From positions 4,896,001 through 4,960,000 of the forward strand of contig OY761158.1 in NCBI GenBank assembly GCA_963664405.1: a stretch of 64,000 nucleotides of DNA, written 5' to 3'. Made by a program: the position numbers and the translations under genes. How positions within the stretch are numbered: position 1 is the first letter of the stretch; each line of letters begins with the position of its first letter. This stretch comes from Thermoanaerobaculia bacterium. GTDB lineage: Bacteria > Acidobacteriota > Thermoanaerobaculia > Multivoradales > Multivoraceae. The notes beneath the pieces are model-generated. The model had not been told where the DNA came from. It saw only the letters and a program-made list of their open reading frames with translations, and made no database searches. Shown piece after piece: positions 37,476-47,605 of this stretch.

Positions 37476-38330
37476 ATGATTGAAGTTCAGGATCTCCGCT
37501 ACACCTACGCGGGAGCGCAGGAGAGCGCCATCGACCGGCTCACCTTCGAGGTTGGCTAGGGTGAGGTCTTCGGCTTTCTTGGACCCAACGGCGCCGGAAA
37601 GTCGACGACGCAGAAGATTCTCATCGGTCTTCTGCGCGAATACGAGGGCGAGGTCTCGGTACTCGGTAAGGCGATGGGGCACTGGGGCTCCGACTTCTAC
37701 GAGCACATCGGCGTCGCCTTCGAGTCGCCGAACCACTACCTCAAGCTCACGGCTCTCGAGAACCTCCGTTACTTCCGTCGTCTTTACGCCGGCAAGACGC
37801 TCGAGCCTCTCGATCTGCTCGAGCGAGTCGGGCTGCCGGACGAAGGCGACATGCTCGTCTCGCAATACTCGAAGGGTATGAAGAGCCGTCTCAGTATGGC
37901 TCGCGCACTTCTGAATGACGGGGAGCTCTTGTTCCTCGATGAGCCGACATCCGGGCTCGATCCGGTGAGCGCGAGGCGAATGAAGGAGATCGTACAGAGC
38001 GAGCGGGCGGCTGGGAAGACAGTCTTTCTGACCACCCACGACATGGCTGTCGCCGATGAGCTCTGTGATCGCGTCGCCTTCATCGTCGGAGGCACGATCT
38101 CGGTGATCGACACGCCTCGCGAGCTCAAACTCAGGCACGGCGAACGGCGCATCCGGGTCGAGGTCCGCGACAGAGGCGCCCTCGAGCAGAGCGAGCTCCC
38201 TTTGACCGGGCTTGCCGAGAGCACGGAGTTCCAGGAGCTTCTATGCCATCCTGGACTGGAGACGATCCACACCCTGGAAGCCAGCCTCGAGGACGTCTTC
38301 GTCGAAGTCACCGGAAGGGAGCTCTCGTGA
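37476..38330 (+). CDS. ABC exporter ATPase with an in-frame TAG at codon 28 (37557-37559)
   Basis: MIEVQDLRYTY...FEVG*GEVFGFLGPNGAGKSTT; YSKGM, LFLDEPT and TTH. The ORF-track start at 37674 lacks Walker A. Confidence 0.85.
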
Positions 38331-39034
38331 GCCGCCTCGTTGCAACCATGGGATGCGACGTGCGACTTCAGTTTCGCAATGGTTTCTACTGGGCCATCGC
38401 CTTCATGCTTGCCTTCTTTGCCCTGGTCATTCTGCAGTTGCCGGCCTTCGACTGGGCGCGATGGGTACCTGTCCTGATCTTCTCCAATTTGGTGACCGCG
38501 ACCTTCTTCTTCATGGCCGCCCTGGTCATGCTCGAGAAAGGAGAAGGCACGCTGGCGGCGCAGATCGTCACTCCGCTGTCGGCCTCGGAGTACCTGCTCT
38601 CGAAGCTCCTCACCCTCATCGCTCTGTCTCTGGTCGAAAGTCTGGTCCTGGTCTTGATCGTGCACGGCTCGGCATTCCGGTGGCTGCCGATGGCGATCGG
38701 TATCGTCTGCCTGGCTGCGATGTACTGTCTCGCGGGGCTCCTCGTCGCCATGCGCTACGACTCGATCAGCGAGCTCATCTTTCCGTCCATAGGGTGGGTT
38801 CTTCTGCTGTCGCTCCCCCTGCTTCACGCCACCGATCTGTGGCCGCACCCGGTGATGTATCTACACCCACTCCAGGCCCCGCTGGTGTTGATGAGGGGCG
38901 CCTTCGAACCGCTCGCGATCTGGCAATGGCTCTACGGTTTCTCTGGCTCCGTTGTCGTTGTTATTGCGCTCTTCGAGCTCGGCCGCCGCCGCTTTCCGCC
39001 TTTCGTTGTCCAGACTGAGGGTGTGCGCCGATGA
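38327..39034 (+). CDS. ABC-2 type permease (Rv2687c-like fluoroquinolone-exporter family)
   Basis: DVRLQFRNGFY and LEKGEGTLAAQIVTPL..EYLLSK; about 6 TM. Confidence 0.8.
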   Translation: MSRLVATMGCDVRLQFRNGFYWAIAFMLAFFALVILQLPAFDWARWVPVLIFSNLVTATFFFMAALVMLEKGEGTLAAQIVTPLSASEYLLSKLLTLIALSLVESLVLVLIVHGSAFRWLPMAIGIVCLAAMYCLAGLLVAMRYDSISELIFPSIGWVLLLSLPLLHATDLWPHPVMYLHPLQAPLVLMRGAFEPLAIWQWLYGFSGSVVVVIALFELGRRRFPPFVVQTEGVRR

Positions 39035-39783
39035 CTGGCCTCTCTACTGTGTTTGCCCTGGGGCCGATCGACGTCAAAAGCGTACGTCGCGACTCGCTCA
39101 TCCGCTGGATGTTGGCCATGCCGCCGGCTCTCGCCCTGGTCATACGCTTCGGCCTGCCTCCGGCATCTGTCTGGGCCCAATCACAGTTCGGGTTCGATCT
39201 CGAGCCGTACCTTCACCTCTTCGGCAGCGCACTCCTCACCGCGACGCCGCTCATGTTCGGCACGGTGATCGGTTTTCTGTTGATCGACCAGAAAGACGAC
39301 CAGACTCTGACCGCCCTTCAGGTAACTCCACTCACCAACCGTGCCTACCTTCTCTACAGGCTCGGCGTTCCCTGCCTGCTCTCGGTTCCGCTGACGGTCC
39401 TGGTCCTGCGCCTGAGCGGCATCCCACAGATATCGCTCGGCCGCCAGTTCGTTGCCGCGGCGGTCGCCTCCCCGCTGGTGGCAGCCTTCGCCTTATTCCT
39501 GGCGGCTCTTGCCAACAACAAGTTGCAGGGCTTTGCGATCATGAAGGGTTCGTCGGGAGCGATCAATTTCCCACCGATCATCGCCTGGTTCTTCGAATCG
39601 AAGTGGCAGTGGGCGTTCGGAATCGCCCCCATGTTCTGGCCGGTCAAGCTCTATTGGGAGCTGGCCGGTGCCTCACGCGGTCCAACGGCGCCCGCCTGGG
39701 TCTACGCCTTCGCTGGTGTCGCCTACCTATTGGCGCTGATTGTTCTCCTCGGCCGTCGTTTCGATCGGGTGATGCATCGCTAG
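39031..39783 (+). CDS. ABC-2 type permease (Rv2686c-like)
   Basis: LGPIDVKSVRRD, LIDQKDDQTLTALQVTPL and ANNKLQGFA. Confidence 0.8.
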   Translation: MTGLSTVFALGPIDVKSVRRDSLIRWMLAMPPALALVIRFGLPPASVWAQSQFGFDLEPYLHLFGSALLTATPLMFGTVIGFLLIDQKDDQTLTALQVTPLTNRAYLLYRLGVPCLLSVPLTVLVLRLSGIPQISLGRQFVAAAVASPLVAAFALFLAALANNKLQGFAIMKGSSGAINFPPIIAWFFESKWQWAFGIAPMFWPVKLYWELAGASRGPTAPAWVYAFAGVAYLLALIVLLGRRFDRVMHR

Positions 39784-41061
39784 GTCGAGCGCCAGAATCG
39801 ATTGGCGGTCTCTTACATAGAGTTTGTCGCCAAGCAGTGTCGGCGCCGTCCATGCCCGTGACTTCATGATCGATGCCTGCGACACAATGTCTAGGCCAGT
39901 GGCCGAAGGGGTCGCGAGTGCGAGATCTCCGTCCTCTCCGACGAGGATGAATTTGCCGTCGGCGTGAATCAATTGGGCCTTCGAGAACCCTCTTTGCTGG
40001 GAGAGCACCTCACCCGTCTTGATGTCGACGCTCATCAGAAACGCGGGGCCGAAGTCGCCGCTGGATCCGTAGACGATGTCGCCCAGGCGGATCGCAGTGC
40101 CGAAATGGACGCGCATCCGCTTGCTGAACCACAGCTCCTCGACGGCCGTTTCGGCGCCCTCTCGCCGCAGCTTTACCACTCGGCTTCCGGAGTCGTAGGC
40201 CGAAGACACGAACAAGAGCTGATCCTCGCCCCACACCGGGGTGAGGATGTTGAGCTCGAGGTTGGTCGGGTGAGGATGACGCCAGTAGAGCTCTCCGTTG
40301 GCGGGGTCGAGCCCGGCGATCACGTCACCCAGAAATACGACCAGCTGTTTCTGCCCGTCGACCTCGATCAAAATCGGCGAAGACGGTGAGAGCTCGAAGT
40401 CCTGGTTCTTCCAAGCGACCGATCCGTCTTTCTGATTGAAGGCGACGATTCCCTGGCCGGCTCCGCCGACCGGCAGGATCACGGTGTCCCGGTAGGCGAT
40501 CGGGCTGCAGGAGTAGCCCCTGTTTGTGGTCATGCCGATCCGCGACATCGAGAACTCGGTGTAGAGGTCGTGGTCCCAGATCACCCCTCCGCCTTCGAGA
40601 TCGAGGGCATGGAACCTACCGGTCGAGCCGACGGCGAAGAGCCTGCCGTTCACGATCAAGGGCGTGGAGGCCGGGCCCGGGCCCCACTGCGCGTCCATCT
40701 CTTCCGGCAGCGGTGCCTGATAGTGGTGCTCCCAATTGGTCTTCCCCGTCTCAGCATCGATGGCGATGACGGTCTCGCGCTCGATCAGATCTCCGGAAGT
40801 CCCTCGAACCATGGTGTAGAGAACGCCCCCCTCCGCGACGATGCCTGAGAATCCATCGCCCAGGGGGCGCTTCCAGATGAGAGGGGGTCCGCCTTCCGGC
40901 CACGCATCGGCCAGACGGGCGGAGGAGACCTTGAAGTCCCGGCTTGCTCCTCCGAATTGCCGCCAGGAAGGCGAGTCTCCCTCGCCGGAGGCCGGCTGCG
41001 CTACGAGGAGGCCAACCCCGAGTCCGACGATTGCGAAAACTCGTGCTCCCAAGCTGGGCAT
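39727..41061 (-). CDS. Secreted PQQ-like beta-propeller (BamB-like repeat) protein
   Basis: Signal peptide; WRQFGG, WPEGGPPLIW, repeated A.D..TG...W blades and WTAPTL..KLYVR. Confidence 0.88.
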   Translation of the reverse strand: MPSLGARVFAIVGLGVGLLVAQPASGEGDSPSWRQFGGASRDFKVSSARLADAWPEGGPPLIWKRPLGDGFSGIVAEGGVLYTMVRGTSGDLIERETVIAIDAETGKTNWEHHYQAPLPEEMDAQWGPGPASTPLIVNGRLFAVGSTGRFHALDLEGGGVIWDHDLYTEFSMSRIGMTTNRGYSCSPIAYRDTVILPVGGAGQGIVAFNQKDGSVAWKNQDFELSPSSPILIEVDGQKQLVVFLGDVIAGLDPANGELYWRHPHPTNLELNILTPVWGEDQLLFVSSAYDSGSRVVKLRREGAETAVEELWFSKRMRVHFGTAIRLGDIVYGSSGDFGPAFLMSVDIKTGEVLSQQRGFSKAQLIHADGKFILVGEDGDLALATPSATGLDIVSQASIMKSRAWTAPTLLGDKLYVRDRQSILALDLAMHHPIETTAEENNQRQ

Positions 41062-41079
41062 CAGATCATGTCCCCTAGA

Positions 41080-41883
41080 GGTACTGTCAAGTTATCTTCA
41101 TCGAAGCGAGATGCGGCACCGTCGAAGGTGTCGCTCCGATTCAGCAGGCACACGTCACCTGACGCCAGACGCCGAAGGAACGATCCCGCAGAGTACGGTG
41201 GCTGGCCGAGCTCACGAGGTGCCGTCCAACCCGGAAGAGGTTCTGGATGACTCCGTGAACGGAGAGGAAGCGCTGCGCTTGGCCTGGCGACTTGAACCGG
41301 CGCATCTGTCGTTCGCGTTGCCGGGTCGGCTGATGGGAGACCTCCGCTCGGTTGTTGGCGTACTGCCTCGTATCGTGGATCACGGAAGGCATGGTGATTC
41401 GATGAGCGGCGCCATAGCTGCGCAGTTTGTCCGTCACCAGCCGGTTGGGTTCCCCTCCCTGTCCTTCCAACAGCTTGCGGAAGAAGCGTTCGGCTGCACG
41501 CCGATTCCGACCGGCCTGGACGAGGATGTAGATCAGGTCGCCATCCTGGTCGACCGCTCGCCACAGATACTGTCGCTGGCCCTGGGATGGTCACGAAGAG
41601 TTCGTCCAAGTGCCACGTGTCACCCAGGCGACCTTGTCGTCGTTTCAACCCGCGAGCGTATTCGGAGCCGAACTTCCAGCACCACTGACGGATGGCCTCG
41701 TAAGAGACCGTGACTCCTCGCTCCGCGAGGAGATCCTCGACATCGCGGAAGCTCAGGCAGAAACGGTGGTAGAGCCAGACGGCGTGGCTGATGATCTCTG
41801 GTGGGAACCGATGGCCGCAGTAACTGGGTGCGCTGTTGTTCATCTGCCGACTCTGCCAGCCATGGGCTCAACTTGACAGTACG
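41080..41883 (-). mobile_element. IS6 family insertion sequence (~804 bp)
   Basis: Terminal IRs GGTACTGTCAAGTT / AACTTGACAGTACG (13/14) bracket an IS6 transposase; no obvious target duplication. Confidence 0.92.
41141..41843 (-). pseudogene. IS6 DDE transposase, +1 frameshift at ~41585
   Basis: GHRFPPEII..AVWLY.RF.LSFRDVE...WHLDELFVTI / QGQRQYLWRAVDQDG...VTDKLRSY...NNRAE; extra C in ATC(C)CAG. Confidence 0.88.
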
Positions 41884-42016
41884 GTCCATAGGATTCTCCC
41901 TGTCTGTATCGATGGCGTTCATTATGACCCGGTTCACGTCGACCTCCGCGTCAAAGGTGCTGCGGAGGAGCCCCGGTCCAATAGACTTCGGTCTCGAGGG
42001 AGGAGAGCGGCTGGCG

Positions 42017-43270
42017 GTGAAGAGCAACTGGTCGGGCAATATCGAGTTCAGCGCGGCCGAGCTCCATGAGCCGGCGACGGTAGAGGAGCTTCAGCAGATC
42101 GTCTCGCGGGCGCGGCGTCTTCGGGTAGTCGGAGCGGGCCACTCCTTCAACGACATCGTCGATACCGACGGTACCCTCGTGTCTCTGCGCAGGCTCAACC
42201 GCGTTGTCGCGATCGACCGTGACGCGTCGACCGTACTGTTCGAGGGCGGGATCCTCCACTATGAGCTGACGGACCATCTCCATCGGGCGGGCTTTGCGCT
42301 GCACAATCTGCCATCGATGCCGCACTTCAATGTAGTTGGGGCCTGTGCGACCGGCACGCACGGCTCCGGCGACACCAATCGCTGCCTGGCGGCGGCGATT
42401 CGAGGGATGGAGATCGTTACCGCCGGGGGCGACCTGGTCGAGGTTCCGGCGGCAGATCTGCCGGCGACCGCAATCGGTCTCGGTGCTTTCGGGGTGGTTG
42501 CTCGCATGACGCTCGAGATCGAGTCGACCTTCTATGTCGCCCAGGAGCGTCATGTCGACGTGCCGGTGGCGAACGCGATCGACAATCTCGACGAGATCAT
42601 GGGCAGCGCGTACAGCGTCAGTTACTTCACCGACTGGCAGCACGACCGTCTCCACGAGGTTTGGCGCAAGTTCCGGCTCGATACGGAGAACGGCCCCATC
42701 CCGGATACGCCTGACGACTATTTCGGTGGCACAAGAGCCGGCGACGAGATAGAGCCCGGCATGGTCGAGAACGACGTCAACGTCACCCGGCAGATGTTGA
42801 TCCCGGGGCCGTGGCACGAGCGACTGCCCCATGTGCGCGTGCGCGATCCGATCCAGGTCACCAGCCAACTTCAATCCGAGTTCTTCGTAGCTCGTCGCCA
42901 CGGCCAATCTGCGCTGCGCGCGATTGCCGAGCTCGGGGAGCGGCTGAAGCCGGCGATCGGTGAAGGGATCGTCGCCGAGGTCCGTACTGTGGCCGCCGAC
43001 GATCTCTGGCTCAGCCCCTTTCCGCACCCCAGCCTGGCGCTGCATTTTGGTTGGGTCCCCGACTGGCCTTCGGCGGAGAAGGCGCTGCCGTTGGTCGAGG
43101 CTGCTCTCGCGCCGTTCGAGCCTCGGCCTCATTGGGGCAAGCTCTTCACCATGCCGGCCGAGACGGTCCGTGACTGCTACCCACGCTTCGCCGACTTCGT
43201 TGCCAGGGTGGCTCACTATGACCCGGCCGGCAAGTTTCGTAATCGTTACCTGGAGCAGTTGTTTGTCTGA
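42017..43270 (+). CDS. FAD-linked oxidase, alditol oxidase/ALO family
   Basis: NWSGN, VVGAGHSFN (covalent-FAD His), ATGTHGSG, LQSEFFV and RPHWGKLF. Confidence 0.88.
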   Translation: MKSNWSGNIEFSAAELHEPATVEELQQIVSRARRLRVVGAGHSFNDIVDTDGTLVSLRRLNRVVAIDRDASTVLFEGGILHYELTDHLHRAGFALHNLPSMPHFNVVGACATGTHGSGDTNRCLAAAIRGMEIVTAGGDLVEVPAADLPATAIGLGAFGVVARMTLEIESTFYVAQERHVDVPVANAIDNLDEIMGSAYSVSYFTDWQHDRLHEVWRKFRLDTENGPIPDTPDDYFGGTRAGDEIEPGMVENDVNVTRQMLIPGPWHERLPHVRVRDPIQVTSQLQSEFFVARRHGQSALRAIAELGERLKPAIGEGIVAEVRTVAADDLWLSPFPHPSLALHFGWVPDWPSAEKALPLVEAALAPFEPRPHWGKLFTMPAETVRDCYPRFADFVARVAHYDPAGKFRNRYLEQLFV

Positions 43271-43289
43271 AACGTCAAGAGGTGGATCA

Positions 43290-45395
43290 ATGGCTCGCAC
43301 GACTCTCATCAAACTATTGGCGATCCTGGCTCCCGCGCTGGCGGTGGCCGAGCAGCCCAACATCGTTCTCTTCATGGCCGATGACATGGGCATGGGCGAT
43401 ACCAGCGCCTACCAGGACTTCACCGCTAACGCCGACGCGGTGCAGGTACACACTCCCAGCATGGAGCGCTTGGCTCAGATGGGAATTCGCTTCACCGACG
43501 CGCACACGCCCGCCTCACGCTGCACGACGACACGCTATGGCCTGCTGACCGGGCGCTACGCCTTTCGCAACCGCATCAAGCACTATGTGTTGTTCGGCTC
43601 GCAGGGCGATCCGATGATCGAGGCCGACCGTCCCACTATCGCGACCATGCTGCGAGACGGCGGTTATCGGACCGCGATGTTCGGCAAGTGGCATGTCGGT
43701 CTGCGCTATCGACGCAGCGACGGCTCGCCCGCGGCGGGCTGGGCTGACGCGGATCTGCGCCAGCCCCTTTACGACGCACCGCTCGATCACGGCTTTGATG
43801 TGGTGCGCTTCACCGCGCGCTCCCATATGAGCTCGGGCCCTGATGTCGTGGCCGGGAGCGCGGCGGGGCCGAATACGCCCGAGCAGGATATCGGGCCAGG
43901 GCACATCCATGGTCGCGAGGTTGTTGGGGCAACCGAAGACCGAAAGAGGCTGATCAGTTCAGGTCCGGATGCTTATCTCCTGACCAAGCTGGGTAGCCGT
44001 CATTCGGATCATGCGATGGGCTTCTTGCAGAGTCACGTCAACGACGGCGCGACCCGGCAGAAGCCCTTTTTCCTCTACTTGCCGGCCAACGCCAACCATG
44101 GTCCCTACACCCCGGACGAATCGATCGGCGGGAGACCTGTCGCGGGCGCATCGCGCACCAAGTTGGGGGCACCGATGGACGCTCGGCACGACCTCATCTA
44201 CGAGAACGACGTTGCGCTGGGTCGCTTGGTCGATTGGCTGGAAGCCACTGAAGATCCGCGTGATCCCGAACAGAGGCTGATCGCGAACACTCTGGTCATC
44301 TTCACCAGCGACAACGGCGCCGAGATAGACAGCAACATCGCCACCGGACCCTTTCGCAGCAACAAGGGCAGCTGCTACGAGGGTGGTCACCGCGTGCCTT
44401 TCATCGCTGCCTGGCCGGCGGGCGGCATCGCACCCGGTTCCAACAACTCGGCTCCCATCGGCCTACAGGATCTCTTCGCCACCTTCGCGGAGATCACCGG
44501 GGAGGAACTGCCGGATCTCGGAGCCGGGGAGAAAGGCGCCGAAGACAGCATCAGCGTGCTGGCGGCCCTCGAGGGCGAGGAGTTGCCACAGCGGCCGCCG
44601 CTCTTCTTTCACGACAACAAGGATGCCCTTGGCGACAATGCGGTGGTGGCGATGCGTCTGGATAATCCCTCCGTGAGCGGAAGGGTTTTCGAAGGGCAGT
44701 GGAAGATCTTTTTCGATGAGCGCCTGCTGCGGGCGGGAGAGGCGGACGCGGTCGAGCTGTTCAACCTCGCCGAAGACCAGTGGGAAAAGAGCAATCGCCT
44801 GGCAGATCCCTCGCTCGAGTCCCTGGTCGAGCACCTCGAGGCCCTGGCGTTGTTACACCGAAACGCAGGCGGACATCGCCTGGCGGCGATCGCGTCGCCG
44901 AAGCGCGTCACCTTCGACTGGGGCGGCGAGATGGCCCGGGAGTTCAGCGCTAAGTCCGTCGCCGGCGTCTCGGTTAGACGAGGCGGAATTACCATGCGGG
45001 TCGCTGGAAAGACCGGCGAGTCGGGCACCGATGGGACTTTCAGCCCTGGTGAAGGTGGCTTGGGACTCGCCGGCGGGAAATCCAAACAGGTGGACGGTGA
45101 CGAGGCGTTCGTCATCCGCTTCGATCGCGACGTGATCGTCGAGTCCGCTGCGCTCGTTGCCGGCAGCGGGACGTGCGGCGGGTCCTATCGTGTGGGAGTC
45201 AAGTCGAGGCTGGCGATCTACTGCGTCGATGGCGACAACGACTCAAAGGACCAACAGGGGATCCTCGGCGATATCGGTGTGCTGAAGAGAGGCGAGGAGC
45301 TAGAGCTCAACGCCAGCCCCCACTTCGGTGTCGAAGCCCCTGGAGAGTGGCGCTTGGGTGCGATCACGGTGCGGGGGTTGGGGACGAGCTCGTGA
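43290..45395 (+). CDS. Secreted arylsulfatase with a C-terminal beta-rich extension
   Basis: PNIVLFMADDMG, CTTTRYGLLTGR, GKWHVG, FTSDNG and KGSCYEGGHRVPF. Confidence 0.9.
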   Translation: MARTTLIKLLAILAPALAVAEQPNIVLFMADDMGMGDTSAYQDFTANADAVQVHTPSMERLAQMGIRFTDAHTPASRCTTTRYGLLTGRYAFRNRIKHYVLFGSQGDPMIEADRPTIATMLRDGGYRTAMFGKWHVGLRYRRSDGSPAAGWADADLRQPLYDAPLDHGFDVVRFTARSHMSSGPDVVAGSAAGPNTPEQDIGPGHIHGREVVGATEDRKRLISSGPDAYLLTKLGSRHSDHAMGFLQSHVNDGATRQKPFFLYLPANANHGPYTPDESIGGRPVAGASRTKLGAPMDARHDLIYENDVALGRLVDWLEATEDPRDPEQRLIANTLVIFTSDNGAEIDSNIATGPFRSNKGSCYEGGHRVPFIAAWPAGGIAPGSNNSAPIGLQDLFATFAEITGEELPDLGAGEKGAEDSISVLAALEGEELPQRPPLFFHDNKDALGDNAVVAMRLDNPSVSGRVFEGQWKIFFDERLLRAGEADAVELFNLAEDQWEKSNRLADPSLESLVEHLEALALLHRNAGGHRLAAIASPKRVTFDWGGEMAREFSAKSVAGVSVRRGGITMRVAGKTGESGTDGTFSPGEGGLGLAGGKSKQVDGDEAFVIRFDRDVIVESAALVAGSGTCGGSYRVGVKSRLAIYCVDGDNDSKDQQGILGDIGVLKRGEELELNASPHFGVEAPGEWRLGAITVRGLGTSS

Positions 45396-45473
45396 GTCGA
45401 GAGCTCCTTTTGGGCCCCCGCTGCTACAGTGCTCGAGTCTTGGACAGGAGTGACAATGAGGAGGTCGGTTGCC

Positions 45474-46622
45474 ATGGAAGAAGGCCATAGAAATCGCTAC
45501 GGAACGTTGCTCGCGGCGACTCTTCTCTTCAGCGTGCCTGTGATGAGTCAATCATCCCGAGCTCCGATCGACGTCAACGCTCTCGGTCCGCAGGTAGGCG
45601 AGTCCGTTCCCGACTTCAGTCTGCGGGACCAGAACGGTGAGGCGCAGACCCTCGAATCGATCATGGGCCCTCGTGGCGCACTGATCCTCTTCCACCGCTC
45701 GGCCGACTGGTGACCCTACTGCAAGGCGCAGCTCGTGGAGCTGCAAGATCAGTTGGAAGAGCTGGCGGCGGCAGGACTCGGAGCGGCGGCGATCAGCTAC
45801 GACTCGGTCGAGGTGCTAGCCGACTTTGCCGGCCGTCGCGACATCACCTACCCATTGCTCTCGGACGAAGGCTCTGTCGCGATCAAGGCCTTCGGCATTC
45901 TCAATACCGTCGTCGACGAGGCGATTGGGCCGAACAAGGACGATCCTGCCGTTCGGGCCGACACCGGGCTCTACGTGGCAGTGGGGGGCGGCAGTTCGCT
46001 CGGGATCGGAATCCCCTTCCCCGGCACCTTCATCGTTGACCGCAAGGGTGTTGTGACCGCGCGCTTCTTCGAAGATTTCTACCGCGAGCGGACCACCACC
46101 TCGCGCATCATGATGCGGCTGGGAAAGGAGTCCGACCCGGTTGCTTCACTGGAGGGTGAGACCACCCATCTGAGCTTTCGCACCTACCAGAGCAACGAGG
46201 AGGTCTCGATCGGGGCTAAGTTCACGCTGGCGTTGGAGATCACGCCGGAGCCGGGTATGCACCTCTACGCTCCTGGCGCCGAAGCCTTCGGTTACAAGCT
46301 GACGCGTCTGAGCTTCGATGAGGCTCCCCACCTGCGGATGCTGGACCTCGAGTACCCCGAATCGGAGATCTACCACTTCGCCCCCCTCGACGAGCACGTT
46401 CCGACCTTTCAGCAGCCGTTCACCCTGCTACAGGACGTCGTCGTTGGGGCGTCGCGGGAAGCGCATCAAGCCCTGGACGGGGTCGAAGTGCTGACTTTGA
46501 CCGGGCGGCTCGACTACCAGGCCTGCGACGACGAGAAGTGCTTCAACCCGGTTTCGGTGCCGCTGTCGTGGACGGTTGCCTTGGCACCGCCCGATCGCCA
46601 GCGGGCGAAGCGTCCCGAGTAG
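45474..46622 (+). CDS. Selenoprotein: AhpC/TSA (peroxiredoxin-like) redoxin with UxxC + DsbD N-terminal-like domain
   Basis: ORFs 45429-45713 and 45735-46622 are in frame across TGA 45711-13, reading RSADW-U-PYC-KAQLVELQ. Hairpin follows; C-terminal YQACDDEKCF. Confidence 0.88.
45728..45744 (+). promoter_or_regulatory. Putative bacterial SECIS hairpin
   Basis: GCAGCTC-GTG-GAGCTGC begins 14 nt after the UGA; G-containing apical loop. Confidence 0.75.
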
Positions 46623-46817
46623 TGGCCGCCGTCGACTCCACCCTCAGCAGCCAAAGGCTGCTGGGTGTTGAGAATTAGCGGTTCGATCCCCTCGGGGTGG
46701 CAGAAATGTTCGGTTGGCGCCCTTGGGAGCCGAAGGCTGCCTTGGCTCCGGTCCCCTTGCTCGAAGCCGCGGTTCCCATAGCGCGTCGGCGATCGATAAT
46801 TATAATATAATGAAAGA

Positions 46818-47096
46818 GTGCGGTTCGAATGGGACGAGACCAAGGGGGCCGGGAATCGGCGAAAACACGGTGTGTCTTTCGAGGAGGCGCAGAGTGTCTT
46901 CTTCGATGAAGACGCAATCGAGTACCCAGACCCCGCTCACTCCGATGGCGAAGACCGCTTCCTGATGCTCGGCAGGAGTTTTCAACTGCGAGTACTGGTC
47001 GTTTGCCATTGCTTGAGAGAGCGAGAAACGGTGATACGCATCATCTCGGCTCGACGGGCTACTCCACGCGAGCGACGCGCCTACTCACAGAGGTAA
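46818..47096 (+). CDS. BrnT family toxin
   Basis: FEWDETK...N.RKHGVSFEEA..VF.D...EDRF...IRIISARRAT. Confidence 0.92.
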   Translation: MRFEWDETKGAGNRRKHGVSFEEAQSVFFDEDAIEYPDPAHSDGEDRFLMLGRSFQLRVLVVCHCLRERETVIRIISARRATPRERRAYSQR

Positions 47097-47100
47097 GCCG

Positions 47101-47319
47101 ATGAAGAAAGAGTACGACTTCGAGAAGATGAAAGGGCGGAGAAACCCCTATTCCAAGCGCCTCAAGCAGCAGGTGACGATTCGCCTAGGGGTTGATGTCT
47201 TGGAGTACTTCAAGCAATTGGCTTCCGAGACGGGAATCCCGTACCAGAACCTCATCAATCTCTACCTCCGAGATTGCGTGGTCTCTGAGAGGAAGCCGTC
47301 GCTCAAGTGGACCTCCTAG
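47101..47319 (+). CDS. BrnA/CopG-type antitoxin
   Basis: MKKEYDF...KQQVTIRL..DVLEYFK......IPYQNLINLYL. Confidence 0.9.
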   Translation: MKKEYDFEKMKGRRNPYSKRLKQQVTIRLGVDVLEYFKQLASETGIPYQNLINLYLRDCVVSERKPSLKWTS

Positions 47320-47605
47320 CCCCAGACCCGACTGTGGTCGACCCTAGACCACAGCTCGCTTCTCTGTGAGCTTGACACGCGGGGGCATGGTGACGGGGTT
47401 CCCTCTGCCTTCGGACTGAGCGCTCGGCCGCAAATCCCGCTCCGTAGTGCGGCAGAGAATAGTCGGGTGGCACTGGGGGAAAACAAGCACTTGCATTAAG
47501 CAGTCGATCGTAGCTATCATCGAAACTGATCGGCACGGCCACGGAACCGGCGCGGCGGAAGCTCAGAAGGGCAGCGACCGCTCGCTCGTGACACGGAGGA
47601 GAAAC

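Noticed and set aside
31204-41843. Programmed frameshifting in the HAD gene (~31225) and IS6 transposase (~41585)
   Set aside because: Each is one extra base in a 3-nt G or C run with no slippery heptamer; mutation or sequencing indel is more likely.
46670-46760. tRNA fragment or att site suggested by GGTTCGATCCC and nearby hairpins
   Set aside because: The T-stem does not pair and no cloverleaf or CCA end is present.
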